From assembly GCF_000142905.1 (NCBI RefSeq), contig NW_013657625.1, positions 209,411 to 273,410 on the forward strand: a DNA stretch of 64,000 nucleotides, in the 5' to 3' direction. The DNA is from Thecamonas trahens ATCC 50062. Its lineage: Eukaryota; Protista; Apusomonadida. A program made the translations under genes and the position numbers. This document shows, piece by piece, positions 11,401-21,700 of this stretch (position 1 is the first letter of the stretch; each line of letters starts with the position of its first letter). The notes beneath the pieces are model-generated. The model was not told where the DNA came from. It saw only the letters and a list, made by a program, of their open reading frames with translations, and did not search any database.

Positions 11401-12022
11401 CAAGTTTACCAAGGAAGAGCAGCTGGGCGAGGAAGACCTGTGGTACTGCCCAGACTGTGAGACCTTCCGGCAGGCGACGAAGAAGTTTGACCTCTATTCG
11501 CTCCCGGACGTTCTGGTCATTCATCTCAAGCGGTTCCGTCAGTCGCGCTACTCGCGCGAGAAGATCGACGTCCTCATTGACTTTCCGCTCGAGGGCCTCG
11601 ACCTCGGCGAGTTCCTCCCCGAGTCGGCCGCCGAGCAGGTAGCCGGGGCCACCGTCTACGATCTCTTTGCTGTCTCGGACCACTTTGGCGGCCTCGGCGG
11701 AGGCCACTACACGGCCCACGCCAAGAACCACCAGACCGGCCGCTGGCACTACTTTAACGACTCGTCCACCTCGGTTGTTGTCGGCGATGACGACGTCGTC
11801 TCTGCTGCTGCCTACCTGCTCTTCTACCAGCGCCGCGGCGCAGAACTTCACGTCCCCAACAAGCCGCCGGTCCGCCCGCCGCCGGCCTCTGACGACGGCG
11901 CATCGTCCGCATCCTCGGATCGCACCCGCGGCGAGCCCGAGGCATTGGACGATGACCCAACCGCGTCGGGTGCCGAGCCGTTTGATCTTGACGGCTCAGA
12001 CGCAGCGTTCTACCGAGTGTAG
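8235..12022 (+). CDS. Ubiquitin-specific protease of the USP4/11/15 (Ubp12) family, DUSP-UBL-USP; join(8235..8360,8783..12022), ~1121 aa
   Basis: Splicing restores the DUSP motif PWCLIART|[14 protein letters not shown]. Catalytic motifs: Cys box [51 protein letters not shown], and His box [15 protein letters not shown]. Confidence 0.93.
8361..8782 (+). other. GT-AG intron (phase 0, 422 nt) in the USP gene
   Basis: Donor GTACGC and pyrimidine-rich acceptor ...ctctcgtccgtAG. The join is in frame and completes the DUSP domain. Confidence 0.85.
8399..8486. repeat. (CT)n microsatellite within the intron
   Basis: Directly visible. Confidence 0.98.
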
Positions 12023-12101
12023 TGCCCGTCGCAGACCGCTGGCGGACTTGTTGCCGTGGGCGTCTCGGCTCCGTCCGCACGCCGCGGCAGAGCACACGAG
12101 T

Positions 12102-15100
12102 TTACACACCGATGGGGATCCACTTCTTTGGATCGGTGGCGTACGTGATGTCCTTGGGCGAGACAAACACCCCATGACCAGACTTGCACTTGAAGTACCG
12201 GTAGCCATAGACCGAACCGTCGTGCTTGCCCACAGGCTTCATAAGCTCAACCCCGACCCAGATGCCCTGGCCAAAGAAGGTCGGCCCAAGGTAGCGGATG
12301 ATGCCATCGGCGTAGCCTGAGACAGACACCGTTTTGCCGAGCGCGAGCTGCGACGGCGCCACGGCCTTGCCGGTCCGCCCTCGCTTCCCGTTGCGGCCCT
12401 TGCTCTTGCCCTTGCTGCTCTTGGCCTGCTCGCTCCTACCGATCTTCTTCCTCCGCCGGATCCGAACCCGTTCGCCGCCTGTTCCGCCGTTGGCCTCGGC
12501 CAGCGACTCGGCAAACGTCGGGGCTCGCCCATCCGCCGACATCCGCAGCGTCGATCGGCCACCAGCAAACGCCCGGGGCGAGTGGCCCACTTGGTCTTGC
12601 GCCGCTGCCGCCGCCGCCGCCGCCGCAGCCGCAGCGGCAGACGCCTCTGCCGCTGCGGCAGCGGCTGCCGCGTCAGCCGCCGCCGCCATCGCGCGATCGC
12701 GCCGCTGCCGCGCCTCAGACTCACCTAAAACCGATTGCATAACCGCATCCGCGCGCGCATCCAGCTGCTCGTGACCACTGACAGCATGCTGCTGTTGCTG
12801 CTGGCGGTAAGCGGGCACGCCAGGTGGAGTCCGCAGTTGTGACGGCGAGACCGGCGCCGGCCATGCCGGCAGCGGGTCCGCCATGGCAGCTGCAGCCCGG
12901 ATCCGCGCGCTGTGAGTGTGGCTGCCAGCGGCGACAGCTGCGGATGACGACGCGTCACTAACTTGACCATTGCTGGCGTCCGACTGGAAGAATCGCCGAG
13001 TCCACGGGCCGTCTGGCGTCGCTGTCGCCTGTTGCGACGGCGAGTCGTACATCTCGGCCTGTTGCGCCATGGCGCCGACCGAACGATGGACTGCATGCTG
13101 CGGCTGGGCTGCTTCGCCGCGGGTCATCTGCGCATGCTGCGGAGCCACCGCAGGCATCTGGGCTGGCACCGGCGTCTCGCCGAGCTGGGTCGGCCGCGGA
13201 GGCCGTGCAGGCCGCGGCTCTGGCTGGGCCTGAGCTTCGGCCTGGGCTTCGACATGCGCATGGGCTTGAGCTTGGGCCTGAGCTTCGATGCTCATGCCTG
13301 ACATCGACGACGCCGCCGAGTTTGCCCGGCTTCTGCTCTGACCAGACGTGGTCGAGTTGGCGGTCGAGTTTGCGCGGCTTCGCGGGATGAGCTCCTCGCC
13401 TGGATTGGGAGTAGTCATGCCGCTGCGCGGCGTGGCTGTAGTCGATCTTGTTCGCCGGGCGTCGAGGGCAGCCTGGACGACCGACGAGCCGACGCTTGCC
13501 TGCTGCGGACCACCTGCTGCAGCAAGCGCGGCGCCAGCGAGGGTCGCCCGGCGCGGGGCAGGAGTGGTCATCGACCCGTGGCTCGCCTGGCTCGTACCCG
13601 CACTCATCGACGACGACGTCGGGTAAGTCCCGCGTCCCGCCTCCTGCTGGGCGTAGTAGCGCTCTGTCCAAGAGGCTGGTGTCTGCGAGCCCGCTGCCGA
13701 GGAAGCCGGAGCCGTCGAGCCGTAGCGGGCAGCAAAGCCCGGCGATGGCCCCGCCGGGGCATCGTGGGTCGCACCCATGCTGGTCTGGGCCCGCGCGTCG
13801 CGCTTGTATGGGTTGGGCGAGAGCGAGAGTGGAGGCGTGGCGGCACGCTTCTTGGCGTGCCACTCCTCCTCGGCCTGCAGCAGGATCCGGGCCATGTCGT
13901 GACAGCCATGAGTGGCGGCGTACTGGGCCGGCGTGCCGATGCGCGGCAAGTTGAAAGCGGCAGCGAGTGAGGCGGCACCGCGAGCGTCGACGGTGGCGCC
14001 ATGCGGATCGCCGACCTGAGTCGGATCAGCGCCCAGGTCAAGGAGCGTGAGCAGCATGTCCATCCGCTCGGGCGCCTCGGCTGGGTTGTCGGTCACGCAA
14101 AAGTGAAGCGCCGAGCAGCCCTCGATGGTGACCTGGTTGACGTCTGCGCCCATTTCGAGCAGATACTCTGCCGCCGGACCGTTGCCGTTGGCGATGGCAA
14201 ACATGAGGAGGGTGACGCCGCCATGGGCATCCGGATACCTCTCGTTGACGTCGACACCTGTGTTCTCGACGGCGTACTTGAGCCACTTGAGGTCACCCTG
14301 GGCAATGAACTCGCGAGCGCGCTCCCACTCCAGCTGAAGCTGGCGAGCCTCATCGTCGGCCAGCGCCGTAAGCCACTGATCGCGGAGCGCGGCGCGGGCG
14401 ACTGGATCGTGCCTCGTTGCCCGCCACTGTGAGATGGGCATGGTCGACTCAAACTTGGCCTCGGACGAGCGGAGGACAGATGCGGCGCGTTCCAGCGCAA
14501 GCGGCGTGCCGCCGACCCGGTTGCGGATGGTGTAATCGGCGCCGAGGAGGAGGAGGAGACGGACGGCGCGGGCGTGCCCGAGCTCGACCGCCAGATGCAG
14601 CGGAGTGTTGCCGTGGACATCGATCCCGTTGATAGCGACACCTGCGTTGGCAAGGAGCATGAGCTCTTTCCGGTAGTGATGGTTGCCAAAGGAGCGGATG
14701 AGGATGTGTAGCAGGGACTCGTTGTTGTGGCTCGGATCCTTGAGCTCGGTGACGGGCAGGCCCGCGGCGACGTACTGCCGCAAAACTCCGTACTCTCCAC
14801 GAGCCACCACACCAAAGATGTCGTCTCTCACATCGTTAACCGCTGGCACCACGGAAGCCGGCAACAGACGCGATGCCTGCATAGACACCATTGAGCTGGT
14901 CATCGAGCCAAACGACGCCTCTGACAAGCCAGCACTCCTTCCGGTCTCGTTCATCGTCGTCTCGCCCATCGAGCTCTCCCCGAACGTCGTCTCTCCCCCA
15001 AACGTCGTCTCGCCGAGCGAGATGTCGCCAAAGGTCGTCTCGCCCATGGTCGTCTCGCCCATGGTCGTCTCGCCGAACGTTGTCTCACCCATGGTCGTCT

Positions 15101-15356
15101 CGCCGAACGTTGTCTCGCCGAACGTTGTCTCGCCGTGGTACCGATTTGAATTTCTTCCGCCATGCCAATTGCCCGACAAATGGCCATCCCCACCAGCAGC
15201 CGTGCTCCGGTGTGCACCTACATATCCACCACCAGAAGCCCGACCAGGAGCCCGACCAGGAGCCAGTGCCGCCAGACCTGAGCCAGTCGAGCTCGTACTC
15301 GACATGCTATCATCGACAGCATGTCGTCCTCGGCGGATACTCTGCCAAGAGCTCAT
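12102..15356 (-). CDS. Ankyrin-repeat protein with C-terminal CAP-Gly domain (CLIP3/CLIP4-like domain set)
   Basis: Ankyrin repeats: GNTPLHLAVELGH, GVTLLMFAIANGN, GCSALHFCV, GTPAQYAATHGC. CAP-Gly: GIIRYLGPTFFGQGIWVGVEL..GKHDGSVYGYRYFKC..GHGVFV. Confidence 0.88.
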   Translation of the reverse strand: MSSWQSIRRGRHAVDDSMSSTSSTGSGLAALAPGRAPGRASGGGYVGAHRSTAAGGDGHLSGNWHGGRNSNRYHGETTFGETTFGETTMGETTFGETTMGETTMGETTFGDISLGETTFGGETTFGESSMGETTMNETGRSAGLSEASFGSMTSSMVSMQASRLLPASVVPAVNDVRDDIFGVVARGEYGVLRQYVAAGLPVTELKDPSHNNESLLHILIRSFGNHHYRKELMLLANAGVAINGIDVHGNTPLHLAVELGHARAVRLLLLLGADYTIRNRVGGTPLALERAASVLRSSEAKFESTMPISQWRATRHDPVARAALRDQWLTALADDEARQLQLEWERAREFIAQGDLKWLKYAVENTGVDVNERYPDAHGGVTLLMFAIANGNGPAAEYLLEMGADVNQVTIEGCSALHFCVTDNPAEAPERMDMLLTLLDLGADPTQVGDPHGATVDARGAASLAAAFNLPRIGTPAQYAATHGCHDMARILLQAEEEWHAKKRAATPPLSLSPNPYKRDARAQTSMGATHDAPAGPSPGFAARYGSTAPASSAAGSQTPASWTERYYAQQEAGRGTYPTSSSMSAGTSQASHGSMTTPAPRRATLAGAALAAAGGPQQASVGSSVVQAALDARRTRSTTATPRSGMTTPNPGEELIPRSRANSTANSTTSGQSRSRANSAASSMSGMSIEAQAQAQAHAHVEAQAEAQAQPEPRPARPPRPTQLGETPVPAQMPAVAPQHAQMTRGEAAQPQHAVHRSVGAMAQQAEMYDSPSQQATATPDGPWTRRFFQSDASNGQVSDASSSAAVAAGSHTHSARIRAAAAMADPLPAWPAPVSPSQLRTPPGVPAYRQQQQQHAVSGHEQLDARADAVMQSVLGESEARQRRDRAMAAAADAAAAAAAAEASAAAAAAAAAAAAAQDQVGHSPRAFAGGRSTLRMSADGRAPTFAESLAEANGGTGGERVRIRRRKKIGRSEQAKSSKGKSKGRNGKRGRTGKAVAPSQLALGKTVSVSGYADGIIRYLGPTFFGQGIWVGVELMKPVGKHDGSVYGYRYFKCKSGHGVFVSPKDITYATDPKKWIPIGV
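14944..15135 (-). repeat. 15-nt coding tandem repeat, about 12 units, encoding GETT(F/M)
   Basis: GETTFGETTFGETTMGETTF... in the translation and visible in the DNA. Confidence 0.92.
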
Positions 15357-15537
15357 ACCTAATCACACTCACACACTCGATGTGTCTCTATCTCTATACT
15401 ACCAAGCAATGGTCAAAGAGTCGAGTCTTGTCCTCCACCTTTACCTGCCCGTCTCCCTTCACCTCCTCCGTGCCCGTCTCCTCGCTCAACGCCAACGTCG
15501 TTTGGGCGGTCAACGGACATTCGTTCAAAAGGCGCCA

Positions 15538-15561
15538 AAATTTTTGAGTTTTTCATCACAC
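15538..15561 (-). promoter_or_regulatory. Candidate promoter motif GTGTGATGAAAAACTCAAAAATTT
   Basis: Matches 57570..57593 (+) at 22 of 24 nt. Both copies lie in divergent intergenic regions. Confidence 0.4.
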
Positions 15562-16037
15562 AGGCGTACCTTTTCCTGCCCCAAAAGGCTTGAGGTCGCA
15601 AGTACAGAGGCGATCGAGTGTAAGGTTGGAACTGGCATGTTGAGGTGATGTTGGAAGTGGGGTTAGCGGGGGAGGGTGCGAAAGAAGGGGTGGGGGATGG
15701 TGGAAAAAGCAGAAAGAGACGACGTTGGCGATTGATCAGTGATCAGCTCCAAATCAGAGTCTGATGCGACTCGAGGACAAGGGTTTGTCAAGGGGATGAT
15801 TCCATGACAAGAGCGCTCGCACAGAAGAAATCATGTGGGAGGAGACAGTTGGGCGTGGAATCCTGTCGTCATTCGCGATCCAGAGCAAAATGTGCTACCA
15901 GTGGGTGTTGACGGGCGAGCGAGTCGGCCGGCGGCTGCGACGGACGCCTGCGGCAGTCCCGGTCGAGGACACTTTTCTCGACGTTGTACGCAGCACCACA
16001 TCATCTCAGCTGGACGAGATCTGGAGTACAGGTAGTC

Positions 16038-17078
16038 ATGAGCAGTGGCAGCAAAGGCGAGCAAGTTTCTGTGATCGGAGCGTCGTACTTTGGGCAGGGG
16101 ACGGTGGTGACGACGGGCGTGTGTTCGACGACCGAGTGCAGCTGCGGATCGGGCAGTCTGGAGCTGCCGGTTTATTTTGGCGGACCTGCCTTTGCCGAGA
16201 CCCGCGATGAGCAGGCGAGCCAACTGGTGTTTGTGTGCATACACGGCGGAGGCATGTCAGCACTCTCATTCGCACCGATGGCCAAGCACCTTGTGGCCAA
16301 GGGCCTCTCGATCGTGGCCATGGATCTTCCAGCTCACGGCGGCGCGACCGATGGGCCGCTGGACATGGCGACGCTGATTGGCGCAGCAATCAACTCGGCG
16401 CGACGTGTTCTGATTGATCACAATCTTCTTGTCCCGGGAAGTGGTGCGAGCGAGAGCTCGTGTCCGGCGGCAGGGTGGGACGGTTCGACGCCGGCGGCGC
16501 ACCTTGTGCTGGTGGGCCACTCGATGGGAGGCGCTGTTGCGACGCGGATTGCGGCGGATCCGCAGCTCTCGGCCGGCCTGCCTGCTGTGGGGCTGACGGT
16601 TCTGGATGTGGTCGAAGGAACTGCGCTTGCAGCAGCCGACGGGATGGGTGCGCTTCTTGCAGCGCGGCCGGCAAGCTTCGACAGCGTTGACGACGCGGTG
16701 GCGTGGCACCTCGCGACGGGACTGATGCGGAACCCAGATTCTGCTGCGACCACAGTGCCACCACTCGTGGTGGATGCTGGCGACGGCGGCGAGGGCGTAG
16801 TGTGGCGCACGCCGCTGGCGAGCTCGGCGGATCAGTGGGACTCGTGGTACATCGGGCTCTCGGAGCTCTTCCTCGCGGTACCGCACCGCAAGCTGCTCGT
16901 ACTCGCCGCCACCGACCGGCTCGACACGCAGCTGATGGTGGGCCAGATGCAGGGCAAGTTCCAGCTCAAGATTATTCCAGACGTCGGACACTGGCTCCAC
17001 GAGGACGATCCAGCGGGAGTGGCGAACACGCTCCACGGCTTTGTTCACTTCTTTGGATGGATGCCGAGCGAGCACTAA
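16038..17078 (+). CDS. PPME1: Protein phosphatase methylesterase 1 (PME-1, alpha/beta hydrolase)
   Basis: HGGGMSALSF, GHSMGG nucleophile elbow, DVVEGTA, and KLLVLAATDRLD..GQMQGKFQ..VGHWLHEDDP. The start codon is uncertain. Confidence 0.92.
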   Translation: MSSGSKGEQVSVIGASYFGQGTVVTTGVCSTTECSCGSGSLELPVYFGGPAFAETRDEQASQLVFVCIHGGGMSALSFAPMAKHLVAKGLSIVAMDLPAHGGATDGPLDMATLIGAAINSARRVLIDHNLLVPGSGASESSCPAAGWDGSTPAAHLVLVGHSMGGAVATRIAADPQLSAGLPAVGLTVLDVVEGTALAAADGMGALLAARPASFDSVDDAVAWHLATGLMRNPDSAATTVPPLVVDAGDGGEGVVWRTPLASSADQWDSWYIGLSELFLAVPHRKLLVLAATDRLDTQLMVGQMQGKFQLKIIPDVGHWLHEDDPAGVANTLHGFVHFFGWMPSEH

Positions 17079-17080
17079 CA

Positions 17081-18430
17081 CTATGACGACGACTCGGCAC
17101 TGGCATCGTTGTACGCTGGATTGACTTGCCCGCTGTCACTGAGCAGGCGATCGTGTTCGCAGCGAGGACAGGTGCAGACAAAGCCGTACTCTTGCAGCTC
17201 GCGAGTTCGTGTGGCGTAGTCAGCTTCGGCCGGGACGTACGAGACAAAGAGCTGTTCACCGGCGGCGATGTCGCGAAGAGTGATGAGGACGACGAGGCCG
17301 TCAGGATCCTCGGGGTCTTTGGCGGACTCGACGTTGGGCACGCACGAGTGGTTGGTGTTGGCGTGGACGGCAAAGACGCCGAGGCCCTCGACATCCTCGT
17401 TGCCGAGCTGGTCCATGGCGCCGGCCAGGGCAGCGAGAACGGGCCCACCTGCGGCAGAGATCCGCAACTGCTCACTCGCGGGCAGTTGGCGCATCTGTTC
17501 TAGGTAGGTGTGGACGGGCGAGACGACGAGCATGGAGACCGAGTTCATCTCGAACATGCCCATGACATGTGCGAGCGTGTCGACAGTGAAAAGCGGTGCG
17601 AGGGCCGGATCGCTATCGGCCACAATGGCCCACAGCATCGGGGCGAGGCGCTCGACATCAGCGCGATGGGCAGCTTCAAACGCCTCGCGATCAAACTCAT
17701 ACTCGTACTCGTGACCGTACTCGTCGTCGTCGTCGCTCTCGGCGGGACACACCACCTCCCACCACGGGCGCGAGTGGAGGAGCGAGATGGGCAGGCGGGC
17801 GCGGTCGAGGTCTGGGCGCTTCATCGCTCTGTAGCGAGAGACGACGTAAGCCAAGATCTGCGCGGCCATGTAAAAGGCTTCGTTGGTCTCCTCGAGCACC
17901 TCGTCACACAATTGCTTCAGCGCAACTTGCTTGGCGATGTTGCCCTCAGCAGCGGCGGCACCGATGCAGAGCAGGGAGTGATGCATAGCCCAAGAGACCG
18001 AGCGGCATGACTCGGAACAGAACTCGATGTCACATCCATCATCAGCATGAGCACATGGCAAAGGAAGCGGGAGCGGGTGAGGGAGGAGCTCATCAACCAG
18101 CGGCAGCGAGCCCGGAGAGATGGAAGCAGAGCAGTTTGACGAGATCGATGACGAGGGGAGAAGATCCAAGGCGATGACGAGCTTGTTCATAGCCTCTTCT
18201 AGAGGCCCCAGCGGACGGAGACAGTGAGCACAGGCGCGGAACTTTTTCCGATTTGTCAAATGTTGCATGTTCGCCACGGGCTGCTCACGGAGTATGACCG
18301 TCTCGGCCTTGATGTCCTCGGTGGCAAACAAGCCCTTGCCCATCTTCGCCGTCTCCCGAACCTGTACAACCATGCCCTTGGTTAGCCGTGCATAGTACCT
18401 CTCTTGCGCCCCTGGCCCTGTGCTGGCCAT
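17081..18430 (-). CDS. SET/MYND lysine methyltransferase, SMYD5-like
   Basis: GKGLFAT..ILREQP, CAHCLRPL, FCSESC..HHSLLC, NHSCVPN, GEQLFVSY, and post-SET YGFVCTCPRC. Confidence 0.88.
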   Translation of the reverse strand: MASTGPGAQERYYARLTKGMVVQVRETAKMGKGLFATEDIKAETVILREQPVANMQHLTNRKKFRACAHCLRPLGPLEEAMNKLVIALDLLPSSSISSNCSASISPGSLPLVDELLPHPLPLPLPCAHADDGCDIEFCSESCRSVSWAMHHSLLCIGAAAAEGNIAKQVALKQLCDEVLEETNEAFYMAAQILAYVVSRYRAMKRPDLDRARLPISLLHSRPWWEVVCPAESDDDDEYGHEYEYEFDREAFEAAHRADVERLAPMLWAIVADSDPALAPLFTVDTLAHVMGMFEMNSVSMLVVSPVHTYLEQMRQLPASEQLRISAAGGPVLAALAGAMDQLGNEDVEGLGVFAVHANTNHSCVPNVESAKDPEDPDGLVVLITLRDIAAGEQLFVSYVPAEADYATRTRELQEYGFVCTCPRCEHDRLLSDSGQVNPAYNDASAESSS

Positions 18431-18475
18431 GATTGCCGTGTGTCGTCCGGGAGAGGTATTTGAGCAGACGGTTGG

Positions 18476-18725
18476 GTGGAGGGGGGTGGGGGTGGGGGGC
18501 GGGGGGGGGGGGGGGGGGGCGAGTGGCTATGGGTATGGAGATGATGATGATGATGGGGGAGATGATGATGATGATGGGGGAGATGATGATGATGATGATG
18601 GGGGAGATGATGATGATGATGATGGGAGAGATGATGATGATGATGGGGGGTGATGACCATGATGATGGGGGGTGATAACCATGCTGACAACCATAATGAT
18701 GATGACAACAACCATAACAATGATG
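18476..18725. repeat. Poly-G tract plus compound (GAT)n-GGGGA repeat
   Basis: Directly visible, intergenic. Confidence 0.92.
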
Positions 18726-18799
18726 ACTGTGGCTTATCCGGTTGGTACTGATCATCGCTGACGCAGTAGCGGTAGACACGTTTTAATCTTGAAGGCCCG

Positions 18800-21700
18800 T
18801 TAGTTGAGCGCGGGCTCAGACTCGCTGACCTCGCTCAGCAGGCCACCGCCGTCGAGAAGACCGACGTGCTCGTCGTGGCCACCAAGCCACGGGCGTCGGA
18901 CACCCTTGCCGCGCTCGCGAACGACGCTGCCGTCGAGAGTCCGCCCGCGGACGAGAACAATGCCACTAACGAGCCACTGGCCCCAAAAGGCGATGGCCCA
19001 CAGTGCGACGACAGCGACCGAGCCGCCGGCATCGAGAAGGTGCAGAGCGACACCACCGAGGATGCCCGAGATAAGCGAGCCGACGGCAGCCACCGCGCCG
19101 TGCCGCAGCCGCTGACCGCCCTGCAGCATGTTCCACGCCGGCGCCACTAGCTCGCCGGCCAGCGCCACGCTCCACAGCACAAGCGAGACGCGGGCTGAGG
19201 CACTGCTGTCCAGCGCGGCGGCGCTGAATGCGGCACCGAGGCTCAGGCCGTAAGTGAGAACGGCTGCCGCCAATTGCGGGGGGTGGACATCGTCAAGCGC
19301 GACGTGCGCGCCGGCCATGACCACGCGAAGCCGAGTCCTCCCGGCGTCGCCGAGGACGCCGAGCCCGAGCACGCACACACCGCAACCAACAAGTAGACCG
19401 TCACCGGCCGACTCGAGTCCATGCGCCAGTGCAGGCACGGCAAGGGCAAAGGCGGCAAGGCCGAGGAAGACCCGGCCGATGCTGGCCACGATCCACGCCG
19501 AGTACCGCCGCTGCCGGGCCATGACGTGGGCGATGGCAATAGCCACGGTTCCGGCCGCCGCTGCGCCGACGAGACCAGCGCTCATCTTGCGCCACAGTGC
19601 GTCGGTGTCCGGTGAAGGCTCTACCGCGGTGCACTGGACACCGCCGAGGTTCGCCACGGCTTGGTAGCCGGCGGCAACAACATCGACGGTGGCCGGCGCC
19701 CATGACGGGAGCTTGCTCCGCGAGACAAGCGCAAAGACGACAAACCTCGCCCAGCCAAAGCGGTCGCCAAAGACCTGCCCGAGACCGTAGTCCAGCCCGC
19801 GCTCGGCGTAGACCAGCGCGCCGAGAGTGAGGATGACACAGGCAACCGCAGATGCAACGACAAAGCCCATGAGCGCCCTGTCATACTTGGCGCTGCCGGA
19901 TTCAGCGTCGACGCCGAACGTGAGGTCACCAAACGGCTTGCACAGCAGTCCGTCACGGCGCTTTTCGGCGCTCACGCCACCGACCACTCGCCACTGCGCA
20001 GCGTCTGCGCACTCGCTCAGCTCCTGCCGCGACCGACAAGGCCCGCCAAACACCGCATCGGCCCGCAGCTGGCGGGCTGTGCACTGTGACGAACTGTAGC
20101 AACTCCAGCCACAGCCGGACTCTCCGCAATAGTCAATCGAGAGCACGCCAGCGCCGTTGTTCTTGACCAGCCCAGCCTCAACCACGACACCGGTCGCGGC
20201 ACCGTGGCGTGCGTTGACAAGCTGGAGCTCCGCACCCGAGCCGCGCGGTTCAAAGACGACGCTCGGCAGCGAGCGTGCAAACTTGCCCAGGAACCGATCT
20301 TCCGACGTTGCCGTCGTACGAGTTCCACTCCCGACCACACGCAGCTGGACAGCGCCAAACATGGCGCTGCCGGGCCGTGCCACCTGAACGTCGACCGCTC
20401 TTGCACCGCTCCCGCGGACGACAACGACCCGGCCGTCGACAGCACTGGTCTCGGCACCGGCGACCCAAACCGTGGCAGCAACATCGACGACAACATCGCT
20501 TGCGGCAGCGCTGGAGACAATAGTGGCCGGCACGTTGCGCACACCCGCAGTCGTCGATCCGAGCGTGACCCGGCATCCGGCGCCGCTGACGCTCACGCTA
20601 GTCTCCTCCGCGCTTGCGCCCATAAATTCGAGACCGAAGCGGGTACCGACGCCAAAGCAAGCAAGCTCGAGCGTACCGTCGTCTGCGACAACGCCGGTGT
20701 GAACGCGGAGAGCCGCCGACGCGCGGGTGGCAATCGCAAAGGTGGTGCCATCGTCCCGAGTGACCAAAGTCACGGCTTCGGCGCCGCCGACCTCTGTCGC
20801 CACAGCAGACCAGAGCTGAGTATCGGCCAGCACCACCTGCGCGGCTGGATGGGTTGCGTTGAGCAGCGCCACATTGGCGCCGGCAGCCATGCGGGTCGCG
20901 GTGAGGTTAGCGGCGGCCATGGCCACCGACTCAACACCAAACAGGCCGGCGCCACAACCAGAGGCCTGCGCCACCGGGACCGGGGCCAGGCCAGCGATCC
21001 GGATGACGGCGGCAGGCATGCTCGACTTGGAAACGGCACCATGCGCCGAGAGGCAGGGGCCGTCCAGATCGACAGCATCCGAGCCGACAAACTGTGCGGT
21101 CGTTGTCTGACCAACCAGCCATATCGGTGCGGCGGCGGTAACCAGCGCGCCGCTCGTCGCGTCGACAGCACCGCCCGAGATCAGAACCGGGAACGCGAAC
21201 TGAGCCGGGAGGACCACGTTGCCGGCGCCGACCACGACGATTGCAGAGTCGAGGCCGGTGGAGAGCGGTGCGTTGGCGACGTCGACCACGGTGCCAGCCG
21301 CCGCCTGCGTGTCAATGACCACCACGTCGACATGCTGGACGGTCAGCCGCAGGCCGCCGACCACAACACGACCGTAACCACCGTAGCCGAGGTCGTGGAC
21401 GGCGACCATGTATGATGCACCAGCCGGGAGCAAAGGCAGGGTCACGACGACAGTTCCGTTGCTGCCGGCCTCGCCGTTGACGGCGACCACCGTCGGCTCG
21501 GCCACTGAGCTCAGCGCTAGATCCAGGACCCAGTTGCGCGCCACCTTGCCGGGTTGGCTTGCCGACGCGGCTGCAAAGGTGGACTGGGACGAGAGCGGGA
21601 GCTGCACAACCTCCATGGTCTCGCCGTCGACAAGATCAAAGTCGAGATGCCCGCCGACGGGAGTTGTCACGTTGACGACTGCCGGAGAGCCGCCAAAGTA

